Source of the DNA: Eledone cirrhosa
Taxonomy: Eukaryota
Length of the DNA: 64,000 bases
NCBI GenBank assembly: GCA_964016885.1
Contig: OZ024741.1
Span: forward strand, 142,414,001 to 142,478,000
Reading direction: 5' to 3'
Under the pieces are notes generated by a model. The model had not been told where the DNA came from, searched no databases, and saw only the letters and a list, made by a program, of their open reading frames with translations. The position numbers were made by a program, and so were the translations under genes. Each line of letters starts with the position of its first letter. Within the stretch, counting starts at the first letter, position 1. Below are positions 41,690 through 53,230 of the stretch, one piece after another.

Positions 41690-41945
41690 AATGCAAATGA
41701 CCATAATAATAGTTTAGAAACTCAGGCAAAGTAGCCATAGAGCCATAAAATAGTAGACAGAGTAGCCTGCTTGGAACTGAAGTCCACAACTCTTGGATGC
41801 CGGACAAGTGCATTAACCATTACATAAAATTTTAAACTAAGGTTCAGTTCCTTGCAGATATGTCTGTCCACTTTTTTTTCCATTTCCAAAGGAGTTCTCT
41901 GGAATATTTATAGTGATCAATCATTATTATAGTCATTTGCACACA
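41690..41945. mobile_element. Palindromic MITE with a tRNA-like core
   Basis: TGCAAATGACCATAATAAT ... ATTATTATAGTCATTTGCA; inner arms GACAGA..GGAACTGAA / TTCAGTTCC..TCTGTC. Confidence 0.55.
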
Positions 41946-42062
41946 TTTTAAATTTCTCGATTTAACTTTGAGCCAATGTTAGAAACCATTTTAAAATATG
42001 ATACACATTTATTTATTTATTTATTGCTTTTAGTTTTTTAATCTTTTTTTCATTCTCTTCAG

Positions 42063-42381
42063 GTGCTGTATTCAAATTATGGCGCATTTCAAAGATTCAA
42101 AATCATTTGAGAAATCCAGTGGAAGATCAACACTGGTTGCTACTCATCGAACCAATCGTCAAAGGATCCGTGAATATGGTGTCTTCCTCAAGAATCAGAT
42201 ACCAAATGAACACAAAACAAAGGAAACTGAAAATACAGACATATGGGTGGTGGGGAAGCAAATCTGTCAGGGGAAGGGAAATGTGCAACAAACAGTTTTT
42301 ATTTGCTTTCGGGACTTGATTGAACAGAGTCTTATAGATCTGGCTTTCACCCTTCCATTTGGTCACAACTGGATGGAGTGA
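42063..42381 (+). CDS. INTU: Inturned, terminal coding exon
   Basis: Strong acceptor TTCTCTTCAG in matching phase gives R-CCIQIMAHF; EYGVF..IWVVGK..VFICFRD..IDLAFTLPFG matches the INTU C-terminal EYGVLF..YWVVGR..YVCFHD..EIAFKL pattern. Confidence 0.88.
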
Positions 42382-42559
42382 TTTTTAAAAAGTGGGGTTC
42401 CATAAAGTCCCTTATAGGGAAGTGGAGATGATTCCTCTTGTATGTAATTCCTTGAATTGATGAAGAGCAGCTGAAAATATTATCTTCATGCAATATGTCT
42501 AAACCAAAACAGCCTTGCAGTACTCAGCCATTTTTGAGCTTTACTAACCAAGTCTGTCA

Positions 42560-43840
42560 GTCAGAGTCCAGCCATCTCTGAACTATATCAACCAAGTCAG
42601 TCAGAATCCACCTGAATTGTACCAATCAAGTCAGCCAGAATACAACCACTCTCAGCTGTACCAATAGAGTCAACCAGTCAAGACACCTCTGAGCTGTACC
42701 AATAGAGTCAACCAGTCAAGACACCTCTGAGCTGTACCAATAGAGTCAACCAGTCAAGCCACCTCTGAGCTGTACCAACCAAGCCAGCCAGTCAAGCCAC
42801 ATCTGAGCTGTACCAACCAAGCCAGCCAGTCAAGCCACATCTGAGCTGTACCAACCAAGCCAGCCAGTCAAGCCACATCTGAGCTGTACCAACCAAGCCA
42901 CATCTGAGCTGTACCAACCAAGCCAGTCAGTCAAGCCACATCTGAGCTGTACCAACCAAGCCAGCCAGTCAAGCCACATCTGAGCTGTACCAACCAAGCC
43001 AGCCAGTCAAGCCACCTCTGAGACGTACCAACCAAGCCAGCCAGTCAAGCCACCTCTGAGCTGTACCAACCAAGCCAGTCAGTCAAGCCACATCTGAGCT
43101 GTACCAACCAAGCCAGCCAGTCAAGCCACCTCTGAGACGTACCAACCAAGCCAGCCAGCCAAGCCACATCTGAGCTGTACCAACCAAGCCAGCCAGTCAA
43201 GCCACCTCTGAGACGTACCAACCAAGCCAGCCAGCCAAGCCACATCTGAGCTGTACCAACCAAGCCAGCCAGTCAAGCCACCTCTGAGACGTACCAACCA
43301 AGCCAGCCAGCCAAGCCACATCTGAGCTGTACCAACGAAGCCAGCCAGCCAAGCCACATCTGAGCTGTACCAACCAAGCCAGCCAGTCAAGCCACATCTG
43401 AGCTGTACCAACCAAGCCAGTCAGTCAAGCCACATCTGAGCTGTACCACCAAGCCAGCCAGTCAAGCCACCTCTGAGCTGTATCAACCAAGCCAGCCAGT
43501 CAAGCCACATCAGAGCTGTACCAACCAAGCCAGTCAGTCAAGCCACATCTGAGCTGTACCAACCAAGCCAGTCAGTCAAGCCACATCTGAGCTGTACCAA
43601 CCAAGCCAGTCAGTCAAGCCACATCTGAGCTGTACCAACCAAGCCAGTCAGTCAAGCCACATCTGAGCTGTACCAACCAAGCCAGTCAGTCAAGCTACAT
43701 CTGAGCTGTACCAACCAAGCCAGTCAGTCAAGCCACATCTGAGCTGTACCAACCAAGTCAGTCAGAATCCATCCACCCTTAAGCTGTACCAACCAAGTCA
43801 GTCAGAATCCATCCATCTCTGAGCTGTACCAACCAAGTCA
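42560..43840. repeat. 38-bp minisatellite, roughly 30 copies
   Basis: Unit CAACCAAGCCAGCCAGTCAAGCCACATCTGAGCTGTAC; degenerate at both edges. Confidence 0.95.
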
Positions 43841-44456
43841 CACAATCAGAGTCCATCCAGATTGAGTCATCATGTTGAAACTTTCTCGATGGCTTGATTC
43901 TATGCAGATCATTAAGAATGAAATGTCTTGGCAGCATACACAGAACCATTATCAGGATCCATCCATGGATCTCTGTTGGAAACCATTTGTGTATTCCTGT
44001 AGTGTGTCAAAGCCCATTTCTCTCAACTCTGGAAGACTATACATGGTCAAACAACCAGCTAAAAATAGTAGCCAAATTACCTTCCCTACCAAAACCAACT
44101 AGCAAAAACAAGGGAAGAATATATCAGTTAATGTAGTCCTAAATATTTTTTAATGGCTTAGTCAAGAACAGAGACCTAGTCTGAATGTTTGATACAGAGT
44201 GAACTCTGTTAAGGGCACCCAAAGGCCAGACAGAAGTGTTATCTTCCTTATTATCTTGAGATATGAATTTGAACAGGTGGTTATTACCAGAAAGCAACAA
44301 ATTGATTATATAAAAATGGTTTCATAGTGAAATTAACTGATAGTAAATTTTCTATTTTTGAAATAAGTAAATAAAAAGTTTTTGGAGGAAACAGTTTTTG
44401 TTCTTTCATTTAGGAAAAGAAATATTTTTCTTTTCAGTTGACTTAAGAAGCATTTG

Positions 44457-44630
44457 GAAAATTTGAAATGTGTTTGTCCTAACACAAGTGACTATAATAA
44501 TAGCCGATCACTATAAATAATAGTTTACTTTTCTTCACCTCCAAGGGTACTTTACCTGATATTCTCAATTATTTATAGTGATTGACTATTATTGTCAATT
44601 GCGTTGGGACAACCACATTTCAAAATTTTC
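44457..44630. mobile_element. Short MITE, same family as 41690 and 61640
   Basis: GAAAATTTGAAATGTG..TCACTATAAATAA / TTATTTATAGTGA..CACATTTCAAAATTTTC inverted arms. Confidence 0.65.
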
Positions 44631-45023
44631 ACTTCACTTTTTCCTTTTTTTAGTTCAATAGAAATGATTGGTTTTGAAGGTTGACTTGACACAGCAAACT
44701 TGCAATATTTTCTTCATATTTTGGGATAAAAAAGAGCTGTTTTTTAAATTTTATAAGGACTAACTACACTTAAAAGAAGATCTGAAAGATGGTGATTTTG
44801 ATGATGAGAAATCCCATACTCATTGACAAAAAAGTGATATCGGTAGATCCCGAATCCTTGTCCAATTATTACTTGGAAACTCTTTATGTTCTGAGCCGCA
44901 GGATGAAGAGCTTCAGCCACCTCCTTGTTGCAACCAGTCCATGTTGGAAAGGAGAGGGTGTTGCCCACCAGGGTGGAGGAAAGGAAAGCTGGGAGAGAGA
45001 GGGACGAACATTTACATAGACCA

Positions 45024-46860
45024 AGGCCTCCAAATCACTTGGGCAATGCAGCCTGACCACGAGGCTCTGGAGAGAGTCTAATATTGACCAAGCACTCGAG
45101 TCTCTTGAAGATTAGGTCATCAAAGCATTGAAGACATCACGAAAATTTGTGAGATGGTCTAACCCTGAGCATATATAGTAGCTTAGGAATCGATAGGTAA
45201 TCCTTGATGGGGCTCGATTGCCTCAATGTTCTTCAATAATTGCTCAAGGTTAGCCATCTTAGATTGGAAATTTGGCTTAAAAGCTAAATCTGTAATTGAG
45301 GCTCCCAAGGAGCACCATGCCGACGGGGGAGGGACTGTAATGGAAGGGAAGGCCTCTGCAAACAGGTCTATTGTCTTCTGATGTTGAGAAGCTGGGTGGT
45401 TGAGAATCCAGAGATCACATTTGGAGTTATTGACCTGGAGACCCCGATGACAAAGCTCTTCAATCATTTTATTTGCAGTTGTAAGAACCCTATACCCCCT
45501 CCCCCAAACAAACATCAAGATACCAAACGTTTAAATTCAGCTCAACCCCCATCTTGGTTATGTCATCAATGCCCAGTGCAAACAGAGCGGGTCACACTGT
45601 TGAACTCCTGAAGCAGAAAGGATGATTTTATCACCAAAAGAGAGGTAGGAGGGCCCCTGATAAGCCGGCCAAGCAAAGTGGTAGAGTTGTGGGTTCCTCT
45701 TCTTTACTGAGCTGAGGACGACATCGTGGCTGATGGATTTGAAAGCATTCTTGAGGTCAAGTTTGAGAATGACAATGGGGGACTTGGAGGGCAAGTTGAT
45801 AAAGGCTCTGGTAGTGTGGGCAGCAGCCTCATATCCCAGCTTGGTACCCACCCCTAGCAGGGAAAAATTCTGCCGGCAGTGAATCAGAGACTGATAACAA
45901 ACACACCTTTACAGTAAGACGGCAAAGGGTGCAGCTAACTGCAATAGAGTGCAGGTCTCCGTTGGGCTTTGTTAGTCCGGCATCACTGGTTGATAAGGAG
46001 ATACCATCCTTGAGATGCTATGGTCGAAGGCCATCAATCCCTGCACCAGAATCAGTGGGGAAGGATGCAATCGCCTTCCTGATGTTATCAGTGGTGTAGA
46101 CCTGTCTTGAGTATTCTGGTGGTTTGGGCCAGAGTAACTGGTCATCCGGAAGTGAGGGAGCCAGATTTCGCATTGTGCATGTGGAGAGATGAGAGGGAAC
46201 AAAAACAGTTTCTGCCAATCAGACGTATTGTTGGATAAACAAACGTTTTTCAACAGTTTAGAGAGAGCACGTGTAAAACTATTCCAAGCCCCCTTTTGGA
46301 TCCGGTTGATGAGCTTCAAATTGGATAAACCCTGGAGAGCTGCAGCAAAGCGCGGAACTTCTCCATGAAGTACGTTGTAGCTAAAGTGGCATTGGTTACA
46401 AGCCCAATATTGGAGACTTTTGGCTTGAACCTTAGTGATGCTGACGCAGCTCCAGTGGTAGCTTTGGCAACACAGGGGACATTTGATTGACGTAGGGTAC
46501 CGACTTGTACGGGCACAAAGAACACAATCAGGTGGTGAGCTGGTAGTGACCGACGGTAGAGGACGGACATTGGAATTCAGGCGATGTAGTGTAGTGGTGG
46601 GGGTGAACTAACAATAGAGGCAGGGTAAACAGCATTATCTCTAACGATGGGGCTTTGACGGAGGTTAGGCAGTGCTGGGGGTGGGCTAGCTGTTGTAGGA
46701 GTGGTGGGGTGAGAAGGGTTAGTTCCGTTCAAATCCAACGGTGGGGTTATGGAGATGCAAGTTAACTCCCTTCGTGAATGCCAAAGTTGGTGGAGAGCGA
46801 GAGGTCGAAGGCTGACCTGTTGTCACAAAGTCATTCTACCACGCAGGTCTCTTGGTCGCT
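45024..46860 (-). mobile_element. CRE-clade non-LTR retrotransposon, 5' part (PHD finger plus RT), dead
   Basis: RIQKGAWNSF..WQKLFLF, SGAGIDGLRP, KLDLKNAFKSI, GVQQCDPL; 45030-45550 is homologous to 33175-33715; PHD at 46389-46526. Confidence 0.85.
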
Positions 46861-47815
46861 CGATGCATGCCAAAAAATGAGAAAGTATACAAATGTACAA
46901 TGTGTGTTTTCATATATGCGAATCCACATAATGTGTGTGTAACATGAGTGTAATTATCAACAGGTAAGAATGTATAACAATATATATAAATGTAATCGTG
47001 TATGTATTTGCGTGGTACATTTGCTCCTGGCTAGTTCCATGCGTGGTCGCCAGTGGAATATGGCAGTGACGTTTTATCTCTGATCTGCAACCAATCCTCT
47101 TTTAAAGATCTTGTATTTCTCTTATTCCTCTCCGTTTTAGTTCGTTCAACGGTATCTTCGAGGAAGAAAATTCATCAACAGATATCTCGACTTCTTGTAA
47201 CGTAGTATTTATTGTTCATCATTGTGATACACGTTGCGCAGTCATCGGTTGAAATTTAGTGTCTTTCATTAGAAATATAGTAATGGGAGGATTAAGTTAA
47301 GTGCCTAACATCTTATAAATCCGTCCAAATACCTGTAGGAACTGTGATTGTAAATGGTAAAATCCGTTCACTGGGACTCCAATCTATTTACGACAAATCA
47401 CATTATACTACAATAAAAACAAAAACAGTGCACCAGTCATCATAACAGGTTGTTACACAGATCACACCCATACATTAACACAAAAATACTAAAAATGAAA
47501 GACCGCCTGGACTACAGTTTAATGCCTCAGCAAGTCTCAACACCCACAAGAGAAGCTTCAGCATCCCTGGACGACATGTTGTCTCAGCATGCTTCAACAT
47601 TCACAAGGGAAATTCCAGTGCCCCTTGTTATGGATGTATTTGAGGGTGCATGTTTTCTCCCACTTTTTTCTTTTTAATTGCTACTAGAATGGTATTCATT
47701 GTATAAATTGTGTTTATAATGTTTTTAACAAACTTTATATTATCCAATGTTATCAAGTGAAAGATAATCTCCCTTGATATACGTATTTATGTCCCCTTGC
47801 AGTAAAGCAGGATCG

Positions 47816-47825
47816 ACCGGAAGTG
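47816..47825 (+). promoter_or_regulatory. ETS/GABP-type site upstream of the SENP gene
   Basis: ACCGGAAGTG about 140 nt upstream of the ATG. Confidence 0.5.
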
Positions 47826-47962
47826 CATCCCATTGTTGGAGCAAAGTGAAATTACAGCTAGATACCCTTTCGCCGTAAGAGGTATACAACAACAGCAATA
47901 TTAAAAACAGAAATTTATTGACCCCGATGATTAGTACACTAGTAGATAAAATAACAACGTAT

Positions 47963-48060
47963 ATGTCGCAATCCTCAGATGAAGACAATGATGAAAGAGA
48001 AACAGATGCTGAACAGCTAAATTGTCCCGTTGGACTCACTGATGGCGGCAAAAGTAAACG
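47963..48060 (+). CDS. SENP1: SENP1/2-like SUMO protease, coding exon 1
   Basis: MSQSSDEDNDERETDAEQLNCPVGLTDGGKSK; donor CG|GTAAAG, phase 2, matches the next exon. Confidence 0.65.
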
Positions 48061-48879
48061 GTAAAGTGTTATTTTTTTTAGCTTGAAGAAAAACAAATGC
48101 GTAGAATTACAAGCGCCTTAGATGTTGAGACATAGCAATCATCTACCGTTTTTTTTTAAATTGTGCAAATTATTTTAACAGCGTGTGGAAGTAAATTTTT
48201 GTTTGACTTTGTGTGCCATCTGTTTGTTTTGATAACTAATATATATATAATCTTACTCAATTCTCTGTAAGAAATGTGTTTAGGCCCGGAGAGGGGATGA
48301 CCTCCACCAGTTTTAAAATGCCCAATACACACCATATGTCACTACAGCGCCCCGTTAAGGGTTCATGCACATACACACATATATAGTCATGTACCATTTA
48401 TGAATGTTATGTATAACTTGATTACTAACAGCTTAGTAAATGCCCTTAGAATAATCAGAGAAGACTAATACAATAATATTAGGATCAGACAAGAAATTTA
48501 TTGGCAGCCGGGCTTATGTAAATAGAATAGACTTAATTTTCAGCTAGTAACGATTAAAAGAAAAAAGTGTTTACACATTAGTGGAATAGATTGTTTAGTT
48601 TTTGTAACTGCTTTACGGATATAGATTTGTTTTGTGATTTCTAATTCAACACAATGCCAGAAATTTTTTTGGGAAGGGAAAGTCGATTATTATCAATCAA
48701 AGTATTTTACTTTTACTTTATTTTATGCCCTTTCTACCCAGAAGAATGAATAAAGTTGACCTGGGATAGATTTGAAACCAGATTTTATATTATAATAGAA
48801 AATGTTTAGCTAAATACCGACCTTAACGTTTAAGGCATTTCCGTCTGTTGCATCTTTAGTCAATGTGAGATTACGAATA

Positions 48880-50139
48880 TATGACATGCGTTCAAAAAGT
48901 ATCCGACCTTCGGGCATAAAAAACAATTTTTTACATTTCACAAATGTTATTTAATCACCTTCAAAATACTCCCTCTTGGGAGTTCACATATTTCTCCCAG
49001 CGGTTCTGCCACTGCTGATAACACCTCTGGAATGCTATGGAATTCCGTCGTCGCTTTTCTCATAATTTCCTCTCGCGACTCAAATCGCTTCCCTTTCAGC
49101 ATGGTTTTCAGATTGGGGATGAGTCAGAAGTCATATGGCACCAAGTCGGGGGAGTATGGAGCCTGTCGAACAAGTACTGCGTTCTTGACTAGGAAAGCTT
49201 TGATTGTGTGGGCAGAATGAGCTTTGTCGTGAAGTTGCCAATTCTTCGCAGCCCCCATGTCCGGCCGCTTTCGAGGCACAGCATCACGATAGCAACGTAT
49301 CGCCCCCCCTCCCCTCCCCGGGATGTATTCCTTATTGATTATTTGGCCTTGTGGTGCGTATTCATGATGTACAAGAGTCAAAGAAACAGGTCAACATTAC
49401 CTTTTCATTGCTGCGAACCTGTCGTGCATTTTTGGGGCTTGGTGATGACAGATGCCTTAATTGGGAGGACTGGATCACCAGTGATGATAGTCTTCACAAA
49501 GTCTGGGTCGTGGTTTGCACAGTTCAGCATGTCCTGAGCGATTTCCACGTGTAGTTGCTTCTGCTGCTCCGCCAGCACCTTGAGGACCAATTTCGTCAAC
49601 ATTCTCCACATGCACAAATTCTTGGTTAAAATAGAATGCACTGATCCTGTGCTTATTCCCCCTAGTGAGCAATTTCATGGATTGTTACTTGATGGTCTTC
49701 CATGACTATCTCCAAACCTCTTCAATCAGCTCCTCGTTTAGTTTTGTTGGAATGCCTGCCTGAGTGTGCCTCACTCTCCACTAAGATGCGGCCATGTTTG
49801 AAGTGGTTGTCCCACTTCTTGATCTGAGTTTTGCCCATGGCATCATCACCTAAAGGCCTGCTGCATCTTCTGGATGGTTTGGGCTTAAAATCACCAAGTT
49901 CTTGGCAAAAGGATGCAATATCTCTGCTCGATGTGTTTGGTCATCTTGCGTGAAAATGAAGATCCAAGGAGCATGCACTACACATCTGTACCTTAAGTCT
50001 AACGGGAGAATTGACGCAGCTTACCAATGGGTAAATGTTCACGCACGCACAAGAAGGGTAGCGTCACTTCCCACCCAAATAATTTTGCCTACACGGCATT
50101 AGTTTAGGTGGGAAGAAATAAAATTGGATGCACCTTGTA
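48880..50139 (-). mobile_element. Decayed mariner transposon in SENP intron 1
   Basis: HHEYAPQGQIIN, APYSPDLVPYDF, DPDFVKTIITGD; TA-bounded degenerate TIR (TGCGTTCAAAAAGTATCC ... GCACCTTGTA); about 1.26 kb. Confidence 0.88.
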
Positions 50140-50239
50140 CTTCCTTGTACTTTGAAAAAAAGTCATTTTATCATAGTTTATTGTTAGAACAAACAAACAG
50201 GTGTAAAATTGTATTAAATATTCTATCAGGAATAGACTG

Positions 50240-50425
50240 GACAGTATGATAGTGTTAGTGTGGGCAGGGTGGTAGTGTTGGTATATGGAGTATGAGAATG
50301 TTGGTGTATGGATGGTGGTAGTGTTGGTGTATGGAGTGTGATAATGTTGGTGTACGGCGTGTGATAGTGTCGGTATATGGAGTGCGATAATGTTGGTGTG
50401 GGCTGGGTGGTAGTATGAGTGTAGG
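50240..50425. repeat. About 23-bp degenerate tandem repeat
   Basis: GTGTTGGTGTATGGAGTGTGATA-like units. Confidence 0.7.
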
Positions 50426-50477
50426 CAGTGTAATATTGTTTATTTATTACTGTTTTCTCTCTCACTGTCTCTTTTAG

Positions 50478-50545
50478 GCGTCTGCAATCATTAGATATTG
50501 AAGAATATCCATCTGCACCCAAGCGACGAAAAGTTGAACAGAGCT
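50478..50545 (+). CDS. SENP1: SENP1-like exon 2 with a classical NLS
   Basis: CTTTTAG| RLQSLDIEEYPSAPKRRKVEQS |GTAAG; phase 2 to 1. Confidence 0.75.
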
Positions 50546-52904
50546 GTAAGTTTGTTAACATCATCATCATTTTACATCCGCTTTCCATACTGGCATGACC
50601 AGATGGGTCAAAACGACTACATGCTTGTTTCTACAGCTAGATACCCTTCCTAATGCCAAACACCTTGCAGAGTGTACTGGGTGCATTTTACCATGGCATA
50701 GGCACCAGAGAGGTTGTCATATGTTCGGCCAGTTTGAAGAGTACTCTCAGACTATAGATTGTCTCTGTCTGATTGTTAACACTGCAGCCTCCAGTCTCTT
50801 TCCATGTTTACTTTTAGTGATACTGTGCTTGTGTTGATGGACAGTGTTTTGTAGTCCATTAACAAATGAACTAAAATGGCATGGGTTTTGTTGTCTGTTG
50901 ATATAATAATGAGCTCTTTTAACAAGACAATACCTGATTCTTTCTTTTCATCTTGATCACCATTTAACATCTATTTCCAAGCTTGCATGGGTTAAATTGC
51001 TGCCATGTGCTGAGACCAGATTGCTCAAGTGACTAGGTCCTGCTCGTATGCTTTGTTTGGGCTTGCTTTCTATGGCTGGTGCTTTCCTAATGCCAACCAT
51101 TTTATAGTGTGTACTGGCTACATAGTTTTTATGTTTGGATGCCCTTCGTAATACCAACCACTTGAGAGTGTGTACTGGGAGCTTGATTTCTATGCCTGAA
51201 TGCTCTTCCTAGCACCAACCACTTTACAGCATATATTGGGAGCATTTTATTGTGACTCAAGCACTACCCCCTTACAAGGAAGATTGGGTGCTTTTTATCA
51301 TGGCACCAGCACTACTACTTTACAGGGTGGACACGGTGCTTTCGTAGCAGCACAGCTCTACCTCATTACAGCAATGGGATGCTCAGTCTACTTGGCTTTG
51401 TTGGGGTTGGAGTACAGACATTGCATTGCTTGAAAGGGTGGGTTATTGTGGTGGTTCTGCAGCAAGTGGATGGTATCTGACATATAGGATGTACTCAGAT
51501 CCGTTAATGGCCTAAATAGCATTTATATACTGCATGGTGTATGTGTCTGTCATTTTTTTGTGTGAGTTGGGGGGGGGGGGGGGTCAGGCTTTCGTGGGTT
51601 GAGAAAGTGTTGGAGGTTTAAGGGTTCAGCAGGGTAGGTGAAGGTGATAAATTATTACCCCTTCTCACTGTATTAACATATAGTGTCCTCTAATAGCATA
51701 CCAGTTTATTGGCATGGTAGAATTGTTAAAACATCAAACTTGAAGGAAATACTTTGTTTTGTGTTCAAATTTCATCAAAGTAATCTTTGCCTTCTATCTT
51801 CCTAAGGCTGATTAAATAACGTGTCTATCTTGAATGGTAGATTGGGAAAATTATTAGAATGCTGGAGAAACATTTTTTATGGTATTTGTTCCAACTCTGA
51901 GTTTCAGTCAGGTGTGGTGAACTTACTTGTATCTAACTGGGGTAAGAAATTGAAGGTAAATAGTGAGAACCACTGTTGTATTTCCTCATGAAAGTCCCAT
52001 GAGAAATACTTAGCATTTGTCAACTAAGTCACCAGAGAGCATTTATCAACCTGACTGTATAAATAGAAAGAATTGGACCACCAATGTCCTTTTAACATAA
52101 TAGTGTTTCTCCTTTATCGAGATATTACATTGTTCAGTCTATCAATACATGTCTTCCATACTGTATGCATTAACTTTTAACATCAGAGAGTCACTCCAGG
52201 TAGAGGTGCTACTTCTCCGAATTGAGAGATCACAGCTCTGATACTACTGGAATGTCGTTAGAATGTCTCAGGAAAGAATCGTTGAACAGATTTTCTGGTC
52301 AAAACCAACAGGAGACTCAGAGCAAGATAGTTGGATAACATCCATGAGCTGGTCTTGCTTGAGGATGCAGCTGGATCAATTGGAAATGGTTGCTTTTGAC
52401 ATGACCCACTGGAAGGTGTGTTTGAGGCCTCTGCCCCCATGACCTTCCTTGGTATAAGTAGGCGAAGAAGAAGGGAAGGGTAATGTTATCACAGTACTTT
52501 TAATACAGGTATTGAGGGTAACTGTTATCACACCACCCTTAATACAGATTTCAAGGGTGGTAATTTATACTCTAGCAACATCTGAGACAGGTCTCCTGTC
52601 AAATATGATAACAACTGCAGTTGAATTTTTGTTGTTGTCAACCTTGATTAAGTCGACCCATGATCAAAGGTATTCCATGACCTATGGTTAGCTAGGACTG
52701 AATACATTATCTAATGTGTGTTTTTCATTTTTAAGATATTATTTGAATGAAATTTGACTTTGCAGATCAAATCATTACTTAGATGCATTGTTGTTGGTCA
52801 AGTTAAGTTTTTAATTTGTATTTTTGTAACAAAACCACCATTTCATTTCTCTTCCTTTCTCTCTCTTTCACCACCACAACACATGTACACACTGTGCTGT
52901 ACAG

Positions 52905-53230
52905 TTCTAGCAAGATTGACAAATTTAGGTTACAGAATGGCAGAGTGGTTTGTGAAAAGTAAGAACCAATTGTTAAGCCATTGGGAAACAAATGGTGAAG
53001 AGAAGCTTCCAAGTCCCCATGTGTGTTGTGATAAACACTGCCAACACACTGGTGTACAATGTCTACCACAGCCTTCAGTAGAAACCAACACAAGCATGAA
53101 TCTAAGAGAATCTTCCCAACACAATCCTGACCTTTCATCTGGTGAGGCGAATCAAGAAATGTCAAAGAAAAATTCCAAGTTAAAAGAATTGCAGTTTGTT
53201 CCAACCCAGGTACCTATGTTTAAAAATCAG
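52905..53230 (+). CDS. SENP1: SENP1-like exon 3
   Basis: ACAG| LARLTNLGYRMAEWF...VPMFKNQ |GTGAGA; phase 1 to 0. An alternative in-frame donor lies at 53209. Confidence 0.7.

Noticed and set aside
43045-43415. Trp/Leu/Gly-rich ORFs and a CRISPR-like appearance
   Set aside because: A contiguous 38-bp tandem repeat with no unique spacers, in eukaryotic context.
47740-48096. 118-aa minus-strand ORF
   Set aside because: Antisense to the SENP first exon, which has consistent splice phases.
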